DNA of 64,000 nucleotides from a virus (Duplodnaviria; Caudoviricetes): IMG/VR virus record IMGVR_UViG_3300032167_003270, positions 1 to 64,000 of that record; one strand, 5' to 3'. Shown piece by piece: positions 55,201 to 64,000 of this stretch (position 1 is its first letter; each line of letters starts with the position of its first letter). The notes under the pieces were generated by a model. It saw only the letters and a program-made list of their open reading frames with translations, ran no database searches and was not told where the DNA came from. The position numbers and the translations under genes were made by a program.

Positions 55201-56285
55201 AATCTAAGTCCTTCTTTTTTTATATTCAGAGCTGCGTTTGTATCTCTGTCGTTCTTATATCCACAATCACATACAAACTGCCTGGTAAGTAAATTCTTCA
55301 TCTCTTTATGTTGTTTACCACAGGAATAGCACAACTGACTACTAGGATACCATTTATCTACTTTCACAAAGTATTTGCCCCTGTCTGCAAGTTTATATTC
55401 TAACATTGTAAGAAATAAACCGTACCCATTGTCTAAAGTTGACTTACCATTACCAAAGCCTTTATTAGACATATTTTTCATATTTAATGTTTCTACACAA
55501 ACTATATCATACTGATTGGCTATCTCAGTTGATTTTTTATGTAGAAAATCAAGTCTTTGGTTTGCTGTATGCTTCTGTAACTTTGCCACTTTTAGTCTTG
55601 CCTTATTGCGATTATTAGAGCCTATCTCTTTGCGAGATAACTGTCTTTGTAATCTAGCAAGTTTCTTTTGTGATTTTCTGTAATACTTTGGACTGCCACA
55701 GACATTACCATTACTATCTGCATATAATCCATCTGATTTGTAATCTAAACCGATAACACTATCTGATACAAGCACTTTTGTTATTACTTTGGTAAACTCA
55801 AATAATACTGATACATAATATTTACCGTCATTATCCTGTGATATGGTTGCTGATTTGATTTTCCAATCTGTATTAGGGTTTCTATGTATCTTTGCTTTTA
55901 CAATACCTATCTTTGGTAATTTAATACCATTACCAATAATAGAAATCGTACCATTTTGATTATTGGTTGTATAAGTCTTTCTACTATGTTTTTCTGATTT
56001 GAATTTCGGAAAACCTATCTTCTTATCACGAAAAAAGTTTTTATAAGCTGTCTGTAAGTGCATTTGCACATTTACAAGTGATAAACTATCTACTTCTTTC
56101 AAGTATGTATATTCTTTTTTATACTGTGCAGGTGTAGTTTGTAGCATTTCTTTGGTCAATTTATAATGCTCAATTTTATCGTTGAGCATTAAGTTCCATA
56201 TCTTACGACAACAACCAAAAGTCTTGGCAAACATTTCCTCTTGTTCTTTTGTTGGATATAATCTATATTTGATTGATTTGTACAT
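55185..56285 (-). CDS. tnpB: RNA-guided endonuclease TnpB
   Basis: YRLYPT..Q HTH, GFPKFK, RuvC IGLD / VE.L / DRD.NAA.NI, Zn ribbon C..C...C.C. Confidence 0.95.
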   Translation of the reverse strand: MYKSIKYRLYPTKEQEEMFAKTFGCCRKIWNLMLNDKIEHYKLTKEMLQTTPAQYKKEYTYLKEVDSLSLVNVQMHLQTAYKNFFRDKKIGFPKFKSEKHSRKTYTTNNQNGTISIIGNGIKLPKIGIVKAKIHRNPNTDWKIKSATISQDNDGKYYVSVLFEFTKVITKVLVSDSVIGLDYKSDGLYADSNGNVCGSPKYYRKSQKKLARLQRQLSRKEIGSNNRNKARLKVAKLQKHTANQRLDFLHKKSTEIANQYDIVCVETLNMKNMSNKGFGNGKSTLDNGYGLFLTMLEYKLADRGKYFVKVDKWYPSSQLCYSCGKQHKEMKNLLTRQFVCDCGYKNDRDTNAALNIKKEGLRLLTVA

Positions 56286-56295
56286 ACTACACCTC

Positions 56296-56700
56296 TTATC
56301 CTTGATTTTCTATATATTCCTTTAGTGTCTTTTCACTTACATTTCCAACTGAACAAATAAAATAACTATCTGTAAAGAATGTTTTTTCTTTCCAAAAACA
56401 TTTGCATAAGTAAGCAAAGTATTTTCCCCATATATGATAAGTAATATAACCTTTCATAGTCATAACAAAATTTGATAAATTTATATTAGGTCTAGTTTCT
56501 ATTATATAGTGTATATGGTCTTTGTCTGTTTCCATATATTTGATATTTACTTTGTGTTTATTACATATCTCTGTTGATAATCGTTTTATATCATTTGCTA
56601 TATTTTGATTAACTAATAGTTTCTTTCTGTATTTACATACAAATATCAAATGATACTATAATAAATATTTATTATGACTTGTTGATTTTCATTCACTCAT
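56296..56700 (-). pseudogene. tnpA: IS200 Y1 transposase TnpA, inactivated
   Basis: MSE*KSTSHNKYLL*YHLIFVCKYR: in-frame TGA (56689-56691) and TAG (56656-56658). DHIH and YIENQ are retained. Confidence 0.85.
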
Positions 56701-57545
56701 AGAATTACACCCCCTATGGGGAATAGAATAATTTAACCTTATTATAACATAATATGATATTTTTATTATATCATTATAAACTAAATTTGTAAACAAAAAT
56801 TTATAAAATTAATAATTATCACTATAATCCAACAAAAAGCAATTATTATGTTTAGCAACAATATATAATCCATCTCCAACATAATCCATATGTTGTTCAT
56901 AACAATTATTTATTCTGTCATAATCTTTATGAGTAGGACTAATTACTGTAGTGCAATTCATATTTATAATTCTTGAAATCCAATCTTCAATACTCATAGT
57001 AGTATTAAAAAAATCTAGCACTTTCAGAATCAATTAAACTGTCAATATATAATAAATATAATTCAGGATATTCTCCTTTATATATTTTATTAAATTTATT
57101 ATGAACTAATAATTTAATTTCATCGTAATCTAATAATAAAGTTACTTCTACCATATATATTCAACTCCTTATACACACAAAATTTGAGATAATTAGCAAT
57201 ATTTTCTTCTATAATTCATTTGCCATTTTCCAAAATATTCTAATTTATCTTCATTAGGTCTAAACCTAATATAAGCACTCTCACTACCTAATTTAATCAT
57301 ATCATCTCTACACTCAATAACTGAAACTTCTGTTAATAAATCAAGCACTTGTTCTCTTTGATTATCTTCATAACCTAAATCTTTACATAAATCTTCTTGA
57401 GATTTAGTGTCTAATAAATCATAAAAATTCTTACAAATAGAATACTTATCAAACATATCTTTAAATTCTAATTGTTTTATAAGTTGTGAATAATTACTTA
57501 ACGGTTTAAACTCTTTATTTAATATCATTTTAAAATCCCCCTTTT

Positions 57546-57577
57546 AAAAAAGGCATATCCTATATAAGAATATGCCT
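57546..57577 (-). terminator. intrinsic terminator after clpX
   Basis: AGGCATATTC...GGATATGCCTTTTTT on the minus strand. Confidence 0.7.
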
Positions 57578-57582
57578 ATAAA

Positions 57583-58623
57583 TTATGCTATTTTTCTTTT
57601 ACCACTTGTTTTAAATGATAATTTATTATCTTTTACGATAATTGTAATAGTTGAAACATTCATATCTGGTGCATCAAACATTAAATCATTCATTGACTCT
57701 TCAATAATTGATTTTAAGCCCCTAGCACCGATTTTTCTTGAATATGCCTCGTGTGCAATATATGTAATTGCATCATCCGACCATTTTAATGTAATATCAT
57801 CTAATTCTAATAAATCGGTATATTGCTTTACAATAGAATTTTCAACATTAGTTAAGATTTGTTTTAAATCATCTTCTGTTAATTCTTTTAATTCAGCAAT
57901 AACTGGTAATCTACCTGCTAATTCAGGAATAATTCCCTGTTTAATAATAGACTTTGTATCTATTTTAGAATCAATTTCTTCGGTTGGTTCAAAATTACCA
58001 AATCCAATAGTTTTTGTAGATTTCTTTTCTTTTGACATAGTTAAATTCTCAAAAGCACCACCACAAATAAATAGTATATTAGAAGTATCAATTCTAATTC
58101 TTTCTCCTAATGGATGTTTTCTTCCACCAGTTTCAGGAACATCAACTTCTGAACCCTCAATAATTTTAAGTAATGCTTGTTGAACACCCTCACCAGATAC
58201 ATCTCTAGTAATAGACATATTTTCAGATTTTCTAGCAATTTTATCCAATTCATCAATATAAATAATTCCAATCTCTGCCTCTTCTACATCCATATCAGCA
58301 GTTTGAATAAGTCTTAATAACATATTTTCTACATCATCTCCAACATATCCTGCCTCTGTTACAGTAGTAGCGTCACAAATACAGAAAGGAACTTGTACAA
58401 TTTCAGATATTGCCCTAGCAATTTCTGTCTTACCACAACCTGTTGGACCAACTAATAATATATTTGATTTCTTAATATCAGTTCTACCATAGAAAATTCT
58501 CTTATAGTGGTTATATACTGCTACTGATACAATTTTCTTTGCCTCTTCTTGTCCAATAACCCTTGTATCTAAAAATTCCTTAATTTCTCTAGGTGTTGGA
58601 ATCCATTTTTTCATATCTGCCAT
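57583..58623 (-). CDS. clpX: ClpX ATPase lacking the N-terminal zinc-binding domain
   Basis: [58 protein letters not shown] loop, GARGL. Confidence 0.95.
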   Translation of the reverse strand: MADMKKWIPTPREIKEFLDTRVIGQEEAKKIVSVAVYNHYKRIFYGRTDIKKSNILLVGPTGCGKTEIARAISEIVQVPFCICDATTVTEAGYVGDDVENMLLRLIQTADMDVEEAEIGIIYIDELDKIARKSENMSITRDVSGEGVQQALLKIIEGSEVDVPETGGRKHPLGERIRIDTSNILFICGGAFENLTMSKEKKSTKTIGFGNFEPTEEIDSKIDTKSIIKQGIIPELAGRLPVIAELKELTEDDLKQILTNVENSIVKQYTDLLELDDITLKWSDDAITYIAHEAYSRKIGARGLKSIIEESMNDLMFDAPDMNVSTITIIVKDNKLSFKTSGKRKIA

Positions 58624-58707
58624 ATTTATTTACTCTCCTATTTCGTATTGTATGTTTTATTATACGAACATTTTATAATTTTGTAAATAGGCTTATTTAA
58701 AATTATA

Positions 58708-59241
58708 CTAAATATCATAATCGTCTACTTCTTCTCCATAAAGACTTTCAATACCAATAATTTCGGTATAACCTTTTTCTTTAAAAAGTTTCATTAACTT
58801 TTCTTTTGCTTTGGTTATAGTAACACTACCTGCATCTTTCTTTAATGGTGCTAATGGTCCATCATAAGGAATCCAATAAGGATATTCTGCTGGAGAATAA
58901 CGAGTTGCTGGACTATATCCACCCTCCCATTCAATATGGGCATATACTTCAACTGATAAACAAATACTATAATCATCAAGGTCAAATACTTCAATTTCGG
59001 TTATCTTATCATCAGCAAATAATTCCAATATGATGTTATAAAATTCGTCTTCACTTGTAATTTTTTCAAGTATAGTTTCAATTTGACTATCTTTTACATC
59101 ATCTCTCCATTCAGGAATAACTCTAACAAGTTGATGACCCCAAGCAATACTAGGTGTATCATCTCTGTCGTCATAATAATCATAATAATAATCATTAGAC
59201 GAACTATTTGTTTCAAATATGCCATTTCTAATTCTAAACAT
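58708..59241 (-). CDS. FETNSSS-motif phage protein
   Basis: N-terminal IR.G.FETNSSS, a motif I recall from small phage proteins near radical SAM genes. Confidence 0.55.
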   Translation of the reverse strand: MFRIRNGIFETNSSSNDYYYDYYDDRDDTPSIAWGHQLVRVIPEWRDDVKDSQIETILEKITSEDEFYNIILELFADDKITEIEVFDLDDYSICLSVEVYAHIEWEGGYSPATRYSPAEYPYWIPYDGPLAPLKKDAGSVTITKAKEKLMKLFKEKGYTEIIGIESLYGEEVDDYDI

Positions 59242-59570
59242 AATAAATTCCCCCTTATCTACTTACAATATCTTCTCTTGGTTTTAATCTAGTATAATCA
59301 CTAAAATCAATTTCGTCTTTTGTTATAATAACAGATAATCCATTATAATTGTCTACCCAATATGTTTGACTATCTGCCTCTGACCAAGTATTAAATTTTG
59401 TTGCCCTATCATAATTAGGTGTTGTATGAATTACCCCATTATCTTCATAGTAAAGATATTCACAACCATTAAATCTATCTTTTACCCAAATAACTAATGG
59501 TTGTGATAATTCTTTATCTTCCCATCTTTTATAATTATTACGCCAACTACCAAACATAATTTATTCTCCT

Positions 59571-60491
59571 TTAAAAGTTATAAATGGTTTTTGCAATTTC
59601 TCTTACTTTATGGAACATAGTATCTAATGTATCATTTTCTTCAATAGGAAAGATATGTTCTGTTTCCATAGAAGAAATAGCATAGGTTTTATTTACAGCG
59701 TCAACAAAGAATGTAAATTCTCCCTCTTCTCCCATATGATAAATAGCCCATTTATCTTCTCCTACTCTTTCTCTAATACATAAATGGTCATTTGCTAAAT
59801 TATCAAAACCAAATCCACAGAAATTAGATTTATAATCATATAAATGTTCTTTTAAATAAGCAATATTATTATCTACATCTTCTTTATGTGCTTTATAATA
59901 ATCTAAACCCCTACCTTTATGTTTAAATCCTAAAATGAGTAATTTAATATCATTATTAGCAAGATTTTCTAAATCTTCTTTTGTTAAACAACCATCAATA
60001 GTATGTACTACAACATTTTTAAGTTGTTTAATTGCGTCTAGGAATTTCTTATCTTTTGAATTAACTAATGATATACCAATTCCCCAAACTAATTTTCTTT
60101 CTTGCCAATCTTTTAATTTATCTATATTAGAAATTAAATGTAATTGATTGATAGTAGTATTTACAAATACACCCTTATCTCTCATTCTAATTAAGAAATT
60201 CTCTAAATCAGGATGTGATAAATCATTTACATTGATAGCAAGTTCTGTTCCTTTATGAACAGTATCAAAAAATGGTTGGTTTAAATCAGCGTGTGGTTTT
60301 GTTTCATCACAAGATAAATAACAATATTGACAATTTCCAGAACATTTTTCAGTAATACAACAATCAATGCTTTCTGCAAATGACGGTGTGAAATTATCTA
60401 AATTATTCATTTTGATTTTTGTACCGTCTTCATATAATTTAACTGTATAATTTCCATTTTTATAGTTTGCAATTAACTCTTTTCTTTTCAT
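59571..60491 (-). CDS. phage-type radical SAM protein
   Basis: YKNGNY...DGTK, E.ID..IT..CSGNCQYC, N.T.NQ.H, GIS, LILG.K..GRG and FDNLA motifs. Start at MKRKE. Confidence 0.8.
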   Translation of the reverse strand: MKRKELIANYKNGNYTVKLYEDGTKIKMNNLDNFTPSFAESIDCCITEKCSGNCQYCYLSCDETKPHADLNQPFFDTVHKGTELAINVNDLSHPDLENFLIRMRDKGVFVNTTINQLHLISNIDKLKDWQERKLVWGIGISLVNSKDKKFLDAIKQLKNVVVHTIDGCLTKEDLENLANNDIKLLILGFKHKGRGLDYYKAHKEDVDNNIAYLKEHLYDYKSNFCGFGFDNLANDHLCIRERVGEDKWAIYHMGEEGEFTFFVDAVNKTYAISSMETEHIFPIEENDTLDTMFHKVREIAKTIYNF

Positions 60492-60850
60492 AAAATAAAT
60501 TCCTTTCTCATCTACAACAATAACAGCGATTTTTACTGAAATTCGCATTTTTATTGTGATATTTTTGTTTTCCACTCTTTTTAACTAAAATACAATTTAA
60601 TTTGTATAAATATATTTCATCATCTGTAAGTCTAATTAAACTTATTAATAAATATTTAGGTATATCATAAGGACATTTCTTATTTTCTAATAAAGAAATT
60701 ATCCACAAACAAGTGTCATAATTGTGTATATGTGTATGGGCAAAATTATCCATATCACTATTTTGTATTAAATATCCGTCATCAGTTTCATATATTATAT
60801 AATTATTCTGTTTGTGGATTTCTTTCATATAAAACACCCCTTAATAAATT

Positions 60851-61150
60851 TTAATCTGTTGTGTCTAAATAATAAGTTAATTCTTCGTCTTTTAAAGTAT
60901 CTAAAGCATAATTTCTTGATTTATAATATAATTTCTCATAAAGTCTTGATACTTCTTCATTTTTATTTTCATAATGTTGCCAACATTTCCAATTTACTAC
61001 AATAACTAATTCTGTTAAATAAATATAATTATCTTTCCACTCTTTAAATGCTCTTTCATAAGTATCTTCAATAGCACTTATTCCAAATTTATCAGCAATA
61101 GAAAAATCTTGCCAAAAGGTTGTTTGCATTTCATAGCCATTTATAGTCAT
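60851..61150 (-). CDS. conserved phage hypothetical protein
   Basis: TTFW.DFSIAD.FG..AI.DTY.RAF.EWK.N..YLTEL..V.NWK.W pattern. Confidence 0.65.
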   Translation of the reverse strand: MTINGYEMQTTFWQDFSIADKFGISAIEDTYERAFKEWKDNYIYLTELVIVVNWKCWQHYENKNEEVSRLYEKLYYKSRNYALDTLKDEELTYYLDTTD

Positions 61151-61775
61151 TTTGAAAGCCCCCCTTTATTTAATTTCTAAAATATCATATAAGTTGTTAA
61201 TCTTATCTTTTATATTTTGTGCTGATTTAATCAAATCTTCATCACATCTATATTTTATTATAGATAAAATATCAAATTTATCTTGCTTTGTACTATTTGG
61301 ATAATATTCTTCTTGAATATCTTCTAAACAATATGTTGCGTGTTCTTTAATACTCTCAAGAATATTTATAATAGATTCTATTTCCTTTTTTTCATTTTCA
61401 TTAAATTCCATAATAAAATACCTCCTTAATCTCCTTTTGCATATTCTAATGAAGAATAAGCACTTGAAACAAAGTTTTCAGTTACTTTAAAATAATCATT
61501 ATAACCCATATGTTCTGTATATATAATTATTCCGTCTTCAATATCCCAAGTTTTTAATATAGGACTTTCTGGATATATTTTTTTAAATAATCTTAAACAA
61601 GCGTCTTTCTGTACCATTTTAATAATCTCCTTTCAATAATAAAGAAATGGACTATGTAATATTTTACACAATCCATTCTATTATAATTAAATAGTTCTTA
61701 ATTAAAAAATTTTTCCCCTATATTTTATATAAGTAATAAAAAAGAAAAATACCTAATATAATACTAGGTATCTTT

Positions 61776-61860
61776 CTTTTTGCAAACATATTATTTTTTT
61801 TTGTAGTATTTATTAGTATATTTTGTTAATATAGATATTCTATATAAAGGTAACTTTTTT
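61776..61860 (+). repeat. conserved non-coding element, copy 2 (inverted relative to 15648-15730)
   Basis: TTTTTGCAAACATATTATTT, TTGTAGTATTTATTA and TCTATATAAAGGTAACTTTTTT blocks are identical to copy 1. Confidence 0.85.
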
Positions 61861-61891
61861 TAAAAAAATACTACTTTATACATAAATTATA

Positions 61892-62553
61892 TTATTTAGG
61901 CTTAATATTTAATTTAATCTTTGGTTTATCAACATTTCCTTTATCTACATTTAACTTTATTACAGGTGTAGGGGCTTTTACTTCTTTTAATGCCTCTTCT
62001 ACTTTATCTCTTGTAGATTCAGTTTTTGGTTGTACATTGAACATAGCCTCTAAATCAGACATACTAACCTCTGGTTTTATTACATCTGCTTTAGTTGTTG
62101 GTTTTGGTGGCTCTTCTTTCTTTTTATCGTCACCAAACTTAAATATAGGCTCGTCATCATCATTTTTAGGTCTTGTAGGTCTTTCTCTTCTTTCTGATGA
62201 CGGTCTTTCTGATTTTGTAGGTGTTGGTTTTACAACTTCCTCATCAATATCATCTTCATCAAAACCATCTTCATCATCATTTAACTCGTCTTCCTCTAAA
62301 TCTTCTTCCTGTACATCTCCAATTTTATGTTGAGGAACCCATCCTGTATCAATTTCTTCTAATTTAATACCTTTACGCTTACATTGTTCGGTAAATACAG
62401 GATTATTATATGATAACTTTTGAGTGTCATCAAATACCCAATCATCTTCTGGTTGTGTATAATAGGTTTGAGTTTCAATAATTTCGTTGCCCGACCCTAT
62501 AAAGCCTCGCCCCTTTATATGAGGTTTAGCCAAATTACTAATGTCTTTTTCAA
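61892..62553 (-). CDS. 3' exon of an intron-interrupted FtsK/SpoIIIE-like gene
   Basis: Frame open back to the intron end: EKDISNLAKPHIKGRGFI...ETQTYY (C-terminal KGRG motif), followed by an acidic and Pro/Lys-rich tail. Confidence 0.6.
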
Positions 62554-64000
62554 CTTTGTGTTTAATATGATTCGTTATTTCATATTTCTATAAATAGACT
62601 TATATTTTCATATAAGAACAGACTATATCATTATCATAATGGTTTATATATAATATTTCCAGAACCCCAGATTTCTGGAAAATCTAAAATTTTAATTGGA
62701 CCTGTTTGTAATAATTCTTGTCCAATTTGTTCATATAGTTTCCAATTATCTTTATCTAAATTACAAGGTTTACTAATATCAATAACCTCTAAATTATTAA
62801 TTATATTATATAATTGTTGTTTTATTTCTTCTAAAGTTTCAAATTCATATATATGTAATAATCTAATTCCTAAATTTTTACACATAATACTTTTATTATA
62901 ATGATAACTTTTTGGTTTATGTTTAATACTATGCCAATATATACCATTATATTCAATGGCTAGTTTCAATTTAGGTATATATAAATCTAATTCCATAGGT
63001 GCTATAATTTTTCTAGTATTTTTAATAATATCACCATTATAGATTTCTTTAATATAATTAAAAATTTCTTCTTCTCTTTTAGATATTGTTTTTCCACCAG
63101 AATTATATCTAGTATATTTAGATACTTTTGGAATAATTGGATGAGTTTCACTATACTCAATAATAATATCTAAATATTTATTATCAACTAAGGCAACGTG
63201 TTTATAAATACTATATGGAATATCTAATTCATATAACCAACCCCAACCATACTGTTCAGTTAGTTTAACTAACATAGTCATATTGTTATTTTTAGCATAA
63301 TTATTTATATCAGCTAATTTATTTGTTTGTGCTTTGTTATGGATATTAGGATTAGATAAAGGATAATCTACACCTAATCTTTCTTGATTAGTTTGTTTTA
63401 CTTTATCTTGTATTATTTGTGATTCAAATGGTGTTTTAGTTCCATACAATTTTATATTTGCATCTTGTAATTGTTGTCTACAATCTTTAGTTGCTAAATA
63501 ACTTGTTTGTCCATATTTATCTAAACAAACTTCTTTACATTTTTCTCTATTTCCATTAGTATATCCATATATATCTAAATTAGTTTGTTTAATTTTTGCT
63601 CTAGTTTCTGGGTTTGTTTGAGCACATAAACTACTACAATGATGTCTATAACCTTTGGAAAGACGGTTAAATTTAGTTGGTTTACCACATACTTTACATC
63701 TACCCTCTTCATCGGATTTAATATATATATCATAATATTCTTTTGTGGTTAATCCGTGTAATTTTATATGTCTTCCCATTGCTTTAGAACCAATTTCTTT
63801 ATTACATATTTTACATAACATAGTTTTCTCCTTTCCTTAATTATTTAAACCATTATGATACCTACCTTTTCGTTTTAATAGACTTACATTAGACTAATCT
63901 CATCTAAAGGCTAACCACTTGGCACTACTCTACTCATTTACTCATACAAGTATTTCTCTTGTATTACACTTTCGATAGTCGTTGAACCTTCCCTTTCGGG
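62554..64000 (-). ncRNA. group I intron (3' part; 5' end outside window)
   Basis: R element GGTTCAACGACTA (63976-63988), S element GATATAGTC (62621-62629), 14-bp P8 stem (63847-63860 with 62632-62645) enclosing an ORF, P9-type hairpins, candidate terminal G at ~62554. Confidence 0.85.
62634..63821 (-). CDS. intron-encoded Hef/Vsr-like homing endonuclease
   Basis: Zn-finger N-terminus, K..T.L..YG repeats, ELDLYIP..LAIEYNG.YWHS...YH..K...C...GIRL.HIYE; lies in the P8 loop. Confidence 0.8.
   Translation of the reverse strand: MLCKICNKEIGSKAMGRHIKLHGLTTKEYYDIYIKSDEEGRCKVCGKPTKFNRLSKGYRHHCSSLCAQTNPETRAKIKQTNLDIYGYTNGNREKCKEVCLDKYGQTSYLATKDCRQQLQDANIKLYGTKTPFESQIIQDKVKQTNQERLGVDYPLSNPNIHNKAQTNKLADINNYAKNNNMTMLVKLTEQYGWGWLYELDIPYSIYKHVALVDNKYLDIIIEYSETHPIIPKVSKYTRYNSGGKTISKREEEIFNYIKEIYNGDIIKNTRKIIAPMELDLYIPKLKLAIEYNGIYWHSIKHKPKSYHYNKSIMCKNLGIRLLHIYEFETLEEIKQQLYNIINNLEVIDISKPCNLDKDNWKLYEQIGQELLQTGPIKILDFPEIWGSGNIIYKPL

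Larger units (their letters stand above)
55043..56720 (-). mobile_element. IS200/IS605-family element (tnpA pseudogene + tnpB)
   Basis: tnpA-tnpB tandem. Right end has a hairpin then GTTCAC ending at 55043. Left end is approximate. Confidence 0.85.

Noticed and set aside
52778-56658. Genome-wide TAG reassignment (code 15), suggested by in-frame TAGs in the FtsK fragment and tnpA
   Set aside because: Genes are intact and dense under the standard code, several end in TAG right before the next RBS (e.g. 1604, 9314, 11627), and tnpA also has an in-frame TGA.
57572-58183. Plus-strand ORFs from the track (also 36059, 5822, 62037 and others)
   Set aside because: Antisense shadows of well-supported minus-strand genes, with no RBS or motifs.
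1-64000. tRNA, rRNA, virion structural or replication genes
   Set aside because: None recognisable by eye, so phage versus plasmid/ICE identity cannot be fixed from this window.

Overview
AT-rich, gene-dense window with essentially every real gene on the minus strand. It looks like part of a very large Firmicutes (Clostridia/Lachnospiraceae-like) mobile replicon, most likely a jumbo phage or phage-like/conjugative mega-element. No virion genes, rRNA, tRNA or CRISPR array are recognisable here. Recognisable cargo: RNA repair and ADP-ribose enzymes (NADAR/gp30.3, Pnk-type kinase, RtcB, Tpt1/KptA, TARG1-type macrodomain, two WGR-PARPs each with a paralogous upstream partner), a diguanylate cyclase + EAL phosphodiesterase + guanylate kinase cluster, ArdA, ClpX lacking its zinc domain, VanX, two radical SAM enzymes, an IS200/IS605 element with a dead tnpA, and a group I intron carrying a Hef/Vsr-like endonuclease. 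Main finding: an FtsK/SpoIIIE (TcpA/ConQ-like) ATPase is broken into fragments scattered out of order over more than 30 kb. One junction appears to be joined by a naturally THREE-piece class 3 intein: a 12-aa IntN starting with Pro (22191-22226), a stand-alone 120-aa Hint core carrying the class 3 W and C residues (33964-34326), and a ~17-aa IntC ending THN|C (26961-27011). A second micro-IntC (MSTNKGLISHN|S) heads another fragment that has an in-frame amber codon and was missed by the ORF track. There is also a 13-bp element-specific promoter-like motif (13 copies) and an ~85-bp non-coding element present twice in inverted orientation. All family assignments come from motif recognition by eye; no searches were run.
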